IMG/VR virus record: IMGVR_UViG_2895374923_000001
Span: 1 to 64,000 of that record
Reading direction: 5' to 3' (one strand)
Length of the DNA stretch: 64,000 bases
Source of the DNA: a virus
Lineage: Duplodnaviria > Caudoviricetes
The position numbers and the translations under genes were made by a program. Numbering within the stretch: the first letter of the stretch is position 1; every line of letters begins with the position of its first letter. Below are positions 1-9,812 of the stretch, in pieces. The notes beneath the pieces are model-generated. The model made no database searches, had not been told where the DNA came from, and was given only the letters and a program-made list of their open reading frames with translations.

Positions 1-126
1 ATCAACCGACTCAAACGCCACCGAGCCCTGGCCACCCGCTACGACAAGCTCGCGGTCCGCTACCAAGCCAGCGTGCACGTAGTCGCCATCAACGACTGGC
101 TCACCCGACTTTGAAACACGTCCTAG
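1..126 (+). mobile_element. 3' end of IS5-family transposase and right IS end (partial)
   Basis: Frame 1 reads INRLKRHRALATRYDKLAVRYQASVHVVAINDWLTRL* (stop 112-114), the typical IS5/IS427 C-terminus (ATRYDK), followed by TTTGAAACACGTCC-TAG. Confidence 0.85.
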
Positions 127-601
127 GAGCGACAGGCGTGTCGCGTGCCCACTCAGGGTTCCTAGATCACCTGGCAAATCGCAGGCGGTCGCTTTGCGTC
201 GCTTCGCGCGGATGCCTGCACATAGGGCTTCGCGCGTGCTCGCGGACGTCGACGGATTGACCAAACCTTGCCATGCGGGATGGTCCGATTTCGTGGCTGG
301 CGGCAGGTATTTGGACTGGTGACAGGATCTTCGCCGTTGATCGCCGGATACCGGCAACGGTGTGCCGGTCCGGGCTGGGGTGGTGGTCGTGAAATTGCGG
401 AACGGCGACAGGCGATCGGATTGGGCTTGACCGATGCCGTGCAGGTGGGCGTCGATACACCCCCGCCCAACAGGACATGCATCAGCCCCGGCGTTGGTCA
501 GAACCGTGCTCGCCGCACGCCCGGCTGCGCCCGTGGCTGTGCTGTGCGTGGTTCATGCCCTGGGGCGGGAGAAGACAGCACAGGATGAGGGGAGAAAGGC
601 G

Positions 602-2167
602 ATGGCTGACGGCACCACCTACAAGCGGTGCTCCTGCACCGGAACCGACGGCAAAGCACTGGGGCAGAAATGCACCAAGCTACGGCGCCCCGGCGGCGGC
701 TGGAGCCACCGGCACGGCATCTGGAGCTACCAGATCGAACTGCCCGCCACCGCGGAGGGAAAACGCCGGGGCCCGCTGCGGCGCAGCGGCTTCGCCACCC
801 AGGACGCCGCCAACGACCAGCTGGCACAGGTACGCGAACTCCTCGCGCTGGCCGAGCCCAGCGAGCTGACCGTCCGCAATCAGATCGCGGATCTGATCAA
901 GAGGACGCTGGCCGAGACCGACGTTCTGCCCAGCGTGGAGGTGACCCGCCGCAAGATCCGCACCCGCCAAGACCTGACCCAGGAGATGACGGTCGCACAA
1001 TGGCTGGAGGAGTTCCTCAAGCGCAAGCGGAAGATCGAAGAAACGACCCGGCGCTCCTACGAAGGTCACATCAGGCTGTATCTGACCCCCTATCTGGGCC
1101 ATATCCGGCTGGATCGGCTCAAGGTCGGGGACGTGGCCGGGATGTTCGAGCAGATCGAGGAGTTCAACGACGTCATCGCCGAGCGGCGCGCCAGCGCGGA
1201 GCGTGAGGTGCGGGCCAGCGTCAAGTATCGGCGGCCGGTCAGCACGGCCACCATGCACAGCATCCGGGCGACGCTCCGGCATGCGCTGAACCTGGCCATC
1301 CGCCAGGATCGGCTGATCGACTTCAACCCCGCCGCCGTGCTGGAGATGCCGGCCAAGACCCGGCCCAAGGCGCTGGTGTGGACCCGGGAGCGGGTCGAGG
1401 AATGGCACCGCGCCTTCCGCGACTACCGCACAGCCGAGAGAGCGCGCCGTGGCGGACGGCGCATCGATCCGATCGACGCCTACATCCGGGTGCCGCGCCC
1501 ATCAGCGGTCATGGTGTGGACGCCGGAGCAGACCCGGCTGTTTCTCGAAGAAGCCGGCCGGCACCGGCTGTTCGCCCTGTACAAGCTGATCACCCTTCGA
1601 GGGCTACGACGCGGCGAGGCATGCGGGCTGCGCTGGAAAGACCTCGACCTCGACGCCGGAACCGCGCACATCGCCTGGCAACTGGTGCAACTGGCCGGGC
1701 GCGTACACGAGGGCAGGCCCAAAACCGACGCCTCCATGCGCACCATCGCCCTGGACGCCGGAACCATCGCGACCTTGCGCGCCCACCAGCGCCGTCAACA
1801 CGAGGAACGGCTCGCAGCAGGAGAAGCGTGGAAAGGCACCGGCTTCGTCTTCACCCAATCCGACGGCGATCGCCTCCACCCGCAGCACGTGTCCGACCAA
1901 TTCCTGTGGCTGGCCTACCTGGCCGGACTGCCACCCATCTGACTCCATGACCTACGGCACGGCGCGGCGTCGTTGATGCTGGCGGCGGGCGTGGAGATCA
2001 AAGTGGTGCAGGAGACGCTCGGGCACACCTCCAGCGCCTTCACCGCCGACACCTACACCTCCGTCTTCCCCCAAGTGGCCAAGGCCGCGGCGGAGAAAAC
2101 CGCCGCGCTGCTGCTCGGCGACGACGACCAGCAAGAACAGGGCACACTGCTGCAGCTCCACATCTGA
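602..2167 (+). pseudogene. int: Tyrosine integrase interrupted by a premature stop
   Basis: GLRRGE box I; TGA at 1940-1942 replaces Arg in PPI*LHDLRHG; the frame continues with LGH...ADTY to the stop at 2167. Confidence 0.9.
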
Positions 2168-2398
2168 CCGACGCGAGCATGTCTGACCGGATGGAAGAAC
2201 GGCCTCGTCTCGCCGCAAGCACGGCGGAACGGGGCCGTTCCTCTGCCCACTGCCCCGGCGTACAGCACGCCGGAGGGCATGTTGATCATGGTGTGTACGC
2301 GGTTGGTACGGGCGAGCACCGCGCGAGCACGGATGCCCTAGAACTGTGTTCCACAGAGGGCAAGCGATGCGCGTTTCCGCAGGTCAACGGCATGATCA

Positions 2399-2444
2399 AA
2401 GCGCGCCCTGCAGGATTCGAACCTGCGACCGTCGGATTAGAAGT
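2399..2444 (-). repeat. att core copy (displaced 3' half of tRNA-Arg), 46 bp
   Basis: AAGCGCGCCCTGCAGGATTCGAACCTGCGACCGTCGGATTAGAAGT is identical to 39806-39851. Confidence 0.95.
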
Positions 2445-2536
2445 TCTAGGCGTGGGGTTCCTGGAGGGCCCCCCAGAGCCGCTTCGCTGTTCACCGAACC
2501 TCCAGGACCCTCCAGGCACCTAGGGGACTACCCGGC

Positions 2537-2560
2537 CGTTGCTACACCCGTTGCTGCACA
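2537..2560 (+). promoter_or_regulatory. Putative integrase arm-type sites
   Basis: CGTTGCTACACC-CGTTGCTGCACA direct repeat, mirrored at 39736-39759 inside the other att end. Confidence 0.7.
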
Positions 2561-2578
2561 GGACGGCCACTCCCCCGG

Positions 2579-2821
2579 CTACTTCTTCTTCGGCACACCA
2601 CCCCTCGGAGCAGGCTCGATGCCGTTGTCCCGAGCGAGCTTTCTTACGTGCGCAGCAGTGAAGGGTGAGTGCTCCACCACGTCGGTGGGGCGCTTGCCGG
2701 CCTTTAGGGCGGCGACGACGTCGTCCACGACTTCCTGTTGCGCCTCGTCGTGCGCGGCCTTGGTGTCGCGGTATCGGCGGGTGCTCTCGTCGAGCTTGTC
2801 GAGTGGGTCCATCTGGGCCAT
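2579..2821 (-). CDS. Small HTH-like protein, putative repressor of the divergent transfer operon
   Basis: 80 aa, C-terminal PTDVVEHSPFTAAHVRKL helix-turn-helix-like segment; divergent from 2988. Confidence 0.65.
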   Translation of the reverse strand: MAQMDPLDKLDESTRRYRDTKAAHDEAQQEVVDDVVAALKAGKRPTDVVEHSPFTAAHVRKLARDNGIEPAPRGGVPKKK

Positions 2822-2987
2822 GCCAAACAGGCTAGCGCAAGTCTCTTGCGATTCCTACTGGCGTTCTCTACTCTGGAGTCAAGAGCAATCGCCACATAGA
2901 AGCGATTGCGGTAAGCGGTTAGACGGCCCCCGCCGTGCGACTCCACCGCAGGACGAGGGCCTGGACCGGGAAGAGAGCTCCCAGCTT

Positions 2988-3563
2988 ATGAACGATCGTA
3001 CGACCCTCAATGACGAGGCCGCCCGCACCACCGGCCGTGCCGATGCCGAGACGGCGCAGCCGCGCGCGAAGTACGACCGCACCCGTTACGCAGACGGGTA
3101 CGGCCCGCAGGTCCCCGAGGCGTGGGAAGACAAGGCGTACCGCGAGGGCTTCGCTGCGGCGAACAAGGTCCGCTTCCAGTACGTGGGCATGGCGAAAGCG
3201 CGCGAGAACGAGCGCGACGACGAGGCCGCCTACTGGTTGGAGAGCCACCCGTGCCCGGAGTGGTGCTCCCGTGCCCTGCACCTGGGCAGTGACCACCCCA
3301 CCGACCGCATGCATGACAGCGCCATCGGGTTCGTCTCGCTGAACACGATGGAGCCCGAGGTGTACCCCGACCCGGACCGGTTCGGCGCTCCGCAGGTGAA
3401 CTTCCAGCTGACCCAGCACTACCGCGAGGTCGAGCCGCGCATCTACGTCAGCAACAGCGCCCAGGACTTGAACCTGTACGCCTCGCTCGACGAGGCGGAG
3501 CAGTTCGCGAACGCCCTGCTGACCCTCGTCGCCCGTGGGCGCGGAGAGGGCAGCCCCACATAG
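2988..3563 (+). CDS. Hypothetical protein, DUF6907-like (CPEWC...H...H)
   Basis: ATG 2988 after a purine-rich RBS; motif common in actinomycete mobile elements. Confidence 0.6.
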   Translation: MNDRTTLNDEAARTTGRADAETAQPRAKYDRTRYADGYGPQVPEAWEDKAYREGFAAANKVRFQYVGMAKARENERDDEAAYWLESHPCPEWCSRALHLGSDHPTDRMHDSAIGFVSLNTMEPEVYPDPDRFGAPQVNFQLTQHYREVEPRIYVSNSAQDLNLYASLDEAEQFANALLTLVARGRGEGSPT

Positions 3564-3715
3564 CCGAACGGCCCTCAGCCGGTGCGTCAACACCGGCTGA
3601 GGGCCTGGACCAATCCACCTGACGTAACCAGGGGAGAGATCGTGACCACGAAGGTACAGCAGTTCGCCACGCCGGATGAGCGGCGGCAGGTGTACGCCGG
3701 AACGGAGGCGTACGC

Positions 3716-3892
3716 GTGACCGCGCACAACTACCCCTTGCGCCTCGATGGCGATGACCCGCGTTTCAACTTCGGGCTTCTCTACGACATGTCCCTGTTGC
3801 TGGAGAGCGCCGGGTACCCGCGCCTGACGGGCGACGACGTCGTGTCCCTGAGACAGGCCCTCTACGGGTTCCTGTACGGCCCCCGCACCTGA
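3716..3892 (+). CDS. Small AICE-type hypothetical protein (58 aa)
   Basis: Hand translation MTAHNYPLRLDGDDPRFNFGLLYDMSLLLESAGYPRLTGDDVVSLRQALYGFLYGPRT; not in the ORF track. Confidence 0.55.
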   Translation: MTAHNYPLRLDGDDPRFNFGLLYDMSLLLESAGYPRLTGDDVVSLRQALYGFLYGPRT

Positions 3893-3961
3893 TGAGCCGG
3901 TCCCCGGCCTGGCGACCCTACCGCCGGCCGGGGACCTCAACCGATCCCAAGGAGATCGATC

Positions 3962-4876
3962 GTGAACGAATGCTCCCATGACCTCCTTGCCCTCAACGAG
4001 GGCAAGGAGGTCGAGCCCATCCCGACCGCGAGCCCGCCCGGCCGTATCTGGGCGATCGGGGTGCTGGTGCTGTCGGCGCTTGTGTCGATGAGCATGAACA
4101 CCTGGCACGCATGGAATGCCACCAGCCTGCCCAAGCCCCTCGCCGTCCTGTACGGCGTCGCACCCGTGGCGCTGGCCGCGATGCAGTCTCATGCCGTCGC
4201 GCTTCGAGCGCTGCGCAAGGAAGAGGTCGGCGCGTTCCGGAAGGGCCTCACGTTCGCCCTGGTGCTCGGCGGTCTCGGGCTGTCGTTCCTGGGGATCTAC
4301 GACCTGTTGCGGCATGCCGTACCTGACCCGATCCCGGCCGTACCTCTGCACGAGCCCGCGGTGTTCTTCTCGATCGTGCTCGACGTGATGGCGCTGGCCG
4401 CTCTGCACGAGCTGCTGCGTGAGTCTCCGGCGTTCGCGAGTGCCGCGCTGGCCACCGTCCCGGCTGTACCTGCACCCGTGGCAGTCTCGCCCACGGTTGA
4501 GGGTGAGAGGGCCACCGAGACACCCGCCATCACTTCGGCATCTCCCGAAGTGATGGCGCCGGAAGCACCGTCCGCGCCCGCTGTACCTGACCCGATCGAG
4601 GGTGTACCTGCGCAGGTCAGCCACCAAGTAGCTATCAGCAACTCGGTACCTGCTGTCGCGGCTGCCGACCCTCTGTTTAGCCACCAGGAACGGCCCGGTA
4701 CAGAGTCCGTGTACGACGACCCGCTTCGCGGAGAGGCGCTCAAGCAGTACCTTCCCGATCTCCTGCAAGGTGGTCTTCCCACCGTCCGGACGATCAAGGA
4801 TCAGATGTCGGTAGGTACAGATCGCGCCCGCGGCCTGCAGGCTTACCTCGGGCGGCTCGTGGAGGCATCCCAGTGA
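3962..4876 (+). CDS. Spread (Spd)/DUF2637-like membrane protein
   Basis: Four TM segments, Pro/Ala-rich linker, C-terminal PTVRTIKDQMSVGTDRAR HTH-like tail. Confidence 0.7.
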   Translation: MNECSHDLLALNEGKEVEPIPTASPPGRIWAIGVLVLSALVSMSMNTWHAWNATSLPKPLAVLYGVAPVALAAMQSHAVALRALRKEEVGAFRKGLTFALVLGGLGLSFLGIYDLLRHAVPDPIPAVPLHEPAVFFSIVLDVMALAALHELLRESPAFASAALATVPAVPAPVAVSPTVEGERATETPAITSASPEVMAPEAPSAPAVPDPIEGVPAQVSHQVAISNSVPAVAAADPLFSHQERPGTESVYDDPLRGEALKQYLPDLLQGGLPTVRTIKDQMSVGTDRARGLQAYLGRLVEASQ

Positions 4877-5070
4877 ACCGTCTCAGACTGATCCTCTTCC
4901 GCGCGGCGCTGCTCGTCCTCCTCACGCTGGCCGTGTTCGGGCATGTGCTCGTGCTGGTGCTCGGGGCGCTCGACGCGCTCGTCACCGCGTTCGTGGGTGT
5001 GCCGCGCCTGTCGTACGCCTCGGGCCGCCTCGTGCGGGTCGTGGCCGCCACTTGGAAGGAGAGCCTGTGA
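4873..5070 (+). CDS. Small hydrophobic membrane protein (spd-like)
   Basis: 65 aa, hydrophobic, coupled to both neighbours by GTGA overlaps. Confidence 0.65.
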   Translation: MNRLRLILFRAALLVLLTLAVFGHVLVLVLGALDALVTAFVGVPRLSYASGRLVRVVAATWKESL

Positions 5071-5450
5071 GCGAGCGGCCGGGCCGGGCTCGTATCCCGG
5101 AGCTGTCATCGATTCCCTGGGAAGGGCCCAAGTCGATCACGCAGTACGCGCGCAACGGCCGGGACCTGTGCCGGGACCTCACGCAGGAGTTCGAGCTGGG
5201 CGCCGATGAGCTGTACGCGGTGCTGGTGCGCTCGTTCAAGGGGCACGCTTTGCTGGCCATCGTCGGCGCTCCGGACGTGCGGCTGCGCGCCAGGCGGGTG
5301 GTGAAGCGGCTGAAGCGCGCCGCCGAGCTGCAAAAGGGCGCCGGGGTGGAGCTGGTGAAGTTCCACGCCCAGTTCCGCAAGGAGTTCGTGGACATCCTGC
5401 CGCAGGCCAAGCCGGACAAGCGTAGGACCGCCTGGAAGTGGGAGGACTGA
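5067..5450 (+). CDS. traA: Plasmid transfer protein TraA-like
   Basis: DVRLRARRVVKRLKRAAEL motif; lies directly upstream of traB, as in Streptomyces plasmids. Confidence 0.65.
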   Translation: MSERPGRARIPELSSIPWEGPKSITQYARNGRDLCRDLTQEFELGADELYAVLVRSFKGHALLAIVGAPDVRLRARRVVKRLKRAAELQKGAGVELVKFHAQFRKEFVDILPQAKPDKRRTAWKWED

Positions 5451-7456
5451 TGGCCAGCAAGGAGCTGGTGCCGGTACAGGAGGAGTCCTCCCTGGCCAAG
5501 GTGACGGCCAGGGAGGTGTCCAAGCTCGTGTCCCTGACCACCCCATGGATGGTCGGGGCGTTCGCGTTCGGCCTCGCCACCGCACTCCACTTCATCCTCT
5601 ACAGCCCGGACACGATCGCGGGCTGGTCGAGCCTCACCACGATCTGCGTGCTCGTGCTGACCGGCGTGACCTACGGGCAGTCGCACGCCCGCGGCCCATG
5701 GGGGAAGACGCACACCACGCTGTCCACGTTCCTGGCCGGGATGTGGACGGTGTCCATCGTCATCTCCGGCCCCGGCCATCCCATCCTGTGGAGGCTCGGC
5801 GTCCTGGGCGGCATCACCATGGCCCTGTCGTGGAACATCCGGACGGTCATCAGGATCAAGGGCTGGGATCAGCCGGGGGCGATCACCGACCCGCTGTCGT
5901 TTCTGTTCGGGCAGGGTGCCGAGAAGGCGGGCATGCGGAACGTCGAGGCCAAGACGGTCAAGGCGACCGCGCACAAGGTCGAGGGTGAGGTGCAGCTCGA
6001 CGACGGCCGCCAGATCGCCGAGGACCTGCAGAAGAAGGTCGCCTACGTCGAGTCGGGGATCGGGCTGCCGCCCGGCTCCATCGTGGCCAGCATCGACCCC
6101 GACCGCGCCGACAAGGCAAAGGTGGTCATCTCCGATCCGCGCGTGATGAAGCACCCCATCGCGTGGGACGGGTCGTCCCGGCCGGGCCTGTCGATCGCGG
6201 ACCCGCTACGGATCGGGCTGTGGCAGGACCTCGACGAGATCGAGTACGTCATCGTCGGCCACCACCTGCAGATCATGGGACAGTCCGGCGCGGGCAAGAG
6301 CATCGGCGGGGCGTGGAACATCCTGGCCGAGGTCGTCACCCGCTACGACGTCGCGGTGTTCGCCGGCGACATCACCAAGGGTAAGCAGACGCTCGGCCCG
6401 CTGGAGGAGGCGCTGCACCGGTTCGAGACGACCAAGGCCGGAGTCAAGCAGATGATCCGGGACCTGCAGTCGAAGGTGAAGGAGCGTACCGACTACCTGG
6501 CGTCGAAGAACCTCACCAAGTGGAAGAAGGGGTGCGGGCTCACCTACTGGCTGATCTGGTTCGAGGAGTTCCCCGACATCTTCGACTGCCTGTCAGACAA
6601 GGAGCAGGAACTCTTCCTCAGCATGCTGAAGGCGGTTCGGTCGGCGGGCGGCACGATCGTCATGAGTCTGCAGCGCTCCGACTACACGCAGATGCCCACG
6701 CTTGCCCGAGGTCAGCTCGCGAAGATGTGCTTCGGCGTCGAGAGCGCCCAGGACGCCGGGTTCGGCCTGTCGGAGCGGCAGCAGGACGCCGAGTGCCGTC
6801 CGGAGGTGTGGGCCAACGGCCAGCCCGGCATGGCCTACCTGGACGCCCCCACTCTGCCGGAGGGCCGGTTCGCGATGCCCGGCCGAACCTACGCGTGGGG
6901 CATCGACGCGCGAGGAGAGTTCGACGACGAGGCGGCGGTGGCGGCGATGCGGGCGCACGCCGCCGACTGGCCCGCCAGCGCCAAGCCGGTGGATGCCACC
7001 ACAGCGGAGGTGTCTCGGCTGTCGTCTGGCGCAGCGCTGGCCGCCCCGGCGTCCGCGCTGGAGGCCGACAGCGACGACGAAGACGATGAAGAGGTGAAGA
7101 ACGTGGCCAGCGAGTACCTGGAGACCGACGACCCTGACCCCGAGGTGACCGCAGACATCGACGACGAGATCCCCGACCTGGAGGAGGGAGACCCGCCACT
7201 GTCGTTCGCCCCGCCGGAGAAAACCATGACACCCGAGGAGCGCGGCGCGGTCCTCATCGCACGCCTGCAAGAGCTGTGGGACAACGGGGCTCGAACGGTC
7301 AGCACGGGCGACTTTAAAGCCCTGTGGGAGACCACGGATATCTCACGGGCATGGTTCCAAAAGCACCTCAAGAAGCTCGCTGAGGCGGGCGTCGTCGGGG
7401 CCTATGACGAGGACCGGCAGTGCTACGCGCTGGAGGAGCGGCCGAACCTTTCTTGA
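5450..7456 (+). CDS. traB: TraB FtsK/SpoIIIE-like conjugative dsDNA translocase
   Basis: N-terminal TM helices, Walker A GQSGAGKS, Walker B WFEE, RSAGGTIVMSLQR, acidic linker, C-terminal wHTH (SRAWFQKHLKKLAEAG). Confidence 0.88.
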   Translation: MASKELVPVQEESSLAKVTAREVSKLVSLTTPWMVGAFAFGLATALHFILYSPDTIAGWSSLTTICVLVLTGVTYGQSHARGPWGKTHTTLSTFLAGMWTVSIVISGPGHPILWRLGVLGGITMALSWNIRTVIRIKGWDQPGAITDPLSFLFGQGAEKAGMRNVEAKTVKATAHKVEGEVQLDDGRQIAEDLQKKVAYVESGIGLPPGSIVASIDPDRADKAKVVISDPRVMKHPIAWDGSSRPGLSIADPLRIGLWQDLDEIEYVIVGHHLQIMGQSGAGKSIGGAWNILAEVVTRYDVAVFAGDITKGKQTLGPLEEALHRFETTKAGVKQMIRDLQSKVKERTDYLASKNLTKWKKGCGLTYWLIWFEEFPDIFDCLSDKEQELFLSMLKAVRSAGGTIVMSLQRSDYTQMPTLARGQLAKMCFGVESAQDAGFGLSERQQDAECRPEVWANGQPGMAYLDAPTLPEGRFAMPGRTYAWGIDARGEFDDEAAVAAMRAHAADWPASAKPVDATTAEVSRLSSGAALAAPASALEADSDDEDDEEVKNVASEYLETDDPDPEVTADIDDEIPDLEEGDPPLSFAPPEKTMTPEERGAVLIARLQELWDNGARTVSTGDFKALWETTDISRAWFQKHLKKLAEAGVVGAYDEDRQCYALEERPNLS

Positions 7457-7459
7457 TCC

Positions 7460-7586
7460 CGTGGCCCCTCGCCGGGCCGGGGCGGGGGGCTGGGGGAGGG
7501 TGTTACAGGTCGAGGAGGGGGCCACGGACGCGTGGCCCCTCGTGGCCCCCATGCGTGGCTCCCCACTGTGGCCCCCGCGTGGCCCC
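7460..7586 (+). repeat. clt-like locus: GTGGCCCC repeats (putative TraB recognition sequences)
   Basis: (C/T)GTGGCCCC at 7460, 7531, 7541, 7567, 7578, variant at 7554, inverted copy near 7518; immediately downstream of traB. Confidence 0.75.
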
Positions 7587-7638
7587 TTCCGTGCAAGATC
7601 AAAAAGTGGAGTGCGTGTAACCCACGCGCAGCCGCGCG

Positions 7639-8898
7639 TCATGCCCCCAATGGGAAGTCGTCCAGCAGTTCCCGGACCTCGGGCACGGTGGTGTACGGTT
7701 CGAGACGGTTGAGGACCACGAGCGCCCTCTCATGGGTTCGGTCGCTGGCCACATCCGCCGAGAGCTGCAGCATCCGCCGTGCCTGCGTCGCCGCTTCCTC
7801 CGGCTCGTTGGCGTCCGCGAGCGCCACGGCCAGCCACGACAGATAGAGCGCGAACTCGCGTGTGTGGGTGGTGTCGTAGCGGGAGAGCACGTCCGTCAGC
7901 AGCGGGACAGCCCGAAGCGGGCGACGCAACTCGGTGTACACGCGAGCCTCCATCACTTGGAGTTCGCCCGCGCTGACCCAGTACAGGTAATCCGGTCCGG
8001 GCTGGCCTCGATCTGATGCCAGGGCTTCGCCTGCTTCACCCAGGGCCCGCATCGCCGACTGTGCGTCGTTCTCGCTGGCGTGGGCCCAAGCCAGCCGATC
8101 CCATGCCAGGGCGCGGGCTCGCCCCGGGCCGTGTGTGCCCGCGGCCCTCACGGCGGCTTCGGCCAGCGAAACGGCGTGGGACGTGTCGCCGGTGTTGGCC
8201 AACTGGTAGGCGAGGGACCCGACGAGGTTGGACTTCAGGACGCTGTCCCCCGCCTCCTGTGCCGCGCTGATACCCAGCCCGTACGTCTGGGCTGCCTGCT
8301 CGTGCTGGCCAGCATCGGATGCCACCCAACCGGCGATCTGGGCGAACTCGCCGATGACGGCTAGAAGCTTCCTGCCGGTGTCCTCGGTGTGCGTGGACTC
8401 GCGGTAGATGCGCACGGCGGCGTCCAGCTCGCGGAAGGCCGGTCCGATCAGGTCCTCCCCGCCGAGGACATCATCGGCCAGGCGCAGGCCGTGCACCTGT
8501 GCGGCCAGGTCCTCGATGGTGCTTGCGCCGACGCGGCGGCCCGTTCTGGTGGCGAGCGGCGCGAGAGGGTTACTGGCGGGCAGGATCGTCTTGAGCACCT
8601 CGTCAGGGCTCTTGCGGGGAGGCTTGAGCGGGTCGGAGAACAAGCTCTTCTCTTCCAGGTTGAACGCGATGGCGTATAGCCGCCGATAGACGCTGCTCGG
8701 CTTCCAGCGCCCGGCTTCCCAGTCCCGGATCTGGCGGATGAGGGAGCTGCGGGTGGGGAGCTGCGCTTGGAGCTCTGGTGGTGCGGCGTCGTAGAGCTGT
8801 TTGGCCATCTCCTTCTGCGACCAGAAGCGCGCCTCCCGCTCGTTCTTCAAACGTGTGGCCCAGGCTGGAGGCGGCCTGCGTGTGCGCTCGTTGCCCAT
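7639..8898 (-). CDS. XRE-HTH plus TPR-like transcriptional regulator
   Basis: N-terminal WSQKEMAKQL...IRDWEAG HTH; Ala-rich helical repeats (FAQIAGWVASDAG). Confidence 0.8.
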   Translation of the reverse strand: MGNERTRRPPPAWATRLKNEREARFWSQKEMAKQLYDAAPPELQAQLPTRSSLIRQIRDWEAGRWKPSSVYRRLYAIAFNLEEKSLFSDPLKPPRKSPDEVLKTILPASNPLAPLATRTGRRVGASTIEDLAAQVHGLRLADDVLGGEDLIGPAFRELDAAVRIYRESTHTEDTGRKLLAVIGEFAQIAGWVASDAGQHEQAAQTYGLGISAAQEAGDSVLKSNLVGSLAYQLANTGDTSHAVSLAEAAVRAAGTHGPGRARALAWDRLAWAHASENDAQSAMRALGEAGEALASDRGQPGPDYLYWVSAGELQVMEARVYTELRRPLRAVPLLTDVLSRYDTTHTREFALYLSWLAVALADANEPEEAATQARRMLQLSADVASDRTHERALVVLNRLEPYTTVPEVRELLDDFPLGA

Positions 8899-8988
8899 GA
8901 CGGAACCTCACGGGGGCTGGGGGACTCTCCGCTTCTCTCCTCTATCCTCTCCTGTTCGCCCCCCGCTACGCAGCGTTGTGATGGGTTC

Positions 8989-9399
8989 GTGGATGAGACT
9001 CCTGCCGCCGGACAGCCCGCGATCGACGTCAACATCTCGACGTGTCGCGAAGCCTTGGGGTACACGCTCGCCGAGCAGTTCGACCGCTGGCGTCGGCTCA
9101 CGTGCTCACAGCTTCATGATCGTGACGTCACCTTCCGTCTGGCTGAGGTGGCGTGGGTGTCGGCGATGCACCAGACCACCTACAGCTACTCGATGACGTC
9201 GGCGACTCGGGCCCTGCTGCAGAAGGCGCCGGTGTCCTCGGTCGTGGCCGCGCTCGGCGTGGTCGATGTTGAGGCGCTGGTGAGGATGTGGCAGCCGTGG
9301 GCGTCTGGGCAGGCGGTGCTGTTCGTTCAGGGCTACGGCGTGGTGTCTCCACAAGATTGCGCGCGGGTCGGCCGACTGCTGGCCAAGGAGCGGCTATGA
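8989..9399 (+). CDS. Hypothetical protein
   Basis: Divergent from the regulator; start uncertain. Confidence 0.45.
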   Translation: MDETPAAGQPAIDVNISTCREALGYTLAEQFDRWRRLTCSQLHDRDVTFRLAEVAWVSAMHQTTYSYSMTSATRALLQKAPVSSVVAALGVVDVEALVRMWQPWASGQAVLFVQGYGVVSPQDCARVGRLLAKERL

Positions 9400-9558
9400 C
9401 CGCGCGCCTCGATCCCCCCGGCCTGTCGCTGCCGATGCTGTCGGCGGGGCGGGGCTTCAACACCCGGAACTGCCCGGCTCGTGGGGGCCGGGCTGAAGAC
9501 GGGCACGGCGGTGACCCCGTACAGGCAGGCCCCGCCGCGCCCACGAAAGCGAACCGTC

Positions 9559-9759
9559 ATGAGCGCATGGGAACCGCATCGCCCGCGAACGCCGAAGACG
9601 CGCGTGCTGGAGACCTCTCCCTGTGGCACCTACGAGTGGTGCGAAGAGGGCGGCCAGTACCTCATCCTGCGCCGATCCGGCACCCACTACGACGAGACCG
9701 GCCGCGGCCTGCACGCCGAGGCCAGGGAGGTGTGGAAGGCGCTCACCGGAAGGAAGTGA
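9559..9759 (+). CDS. Small hypothetical protein
   Basis: MSAWEPHRPRT...YEWCEEGGQYLILRR; normal codon usage. Confidence 0.55.
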   Translation: MSAWEPHRPRTPKTRVLETSPCGTYEWCEEGGQYLILRRSGTHYDETGRGLHAEAREVWKALTGRK

Positions 9760-9812
9760 TCTCCACCAGTTCGGCAAGGTCCGCACCAAGCAGTCCGATG
9801 GGAGTAACCATC

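Noticed and set aside
1940-1942. Selenocysteine or programmed read-through of TGA
   Set aside because: The position corresponds to Arg (CGA); a single C-to-T transition explains it
2399-2444. Second tRNA gene
   Set aside because: Only the 3' half up to the anticodon loop is present; it is the att duplicate
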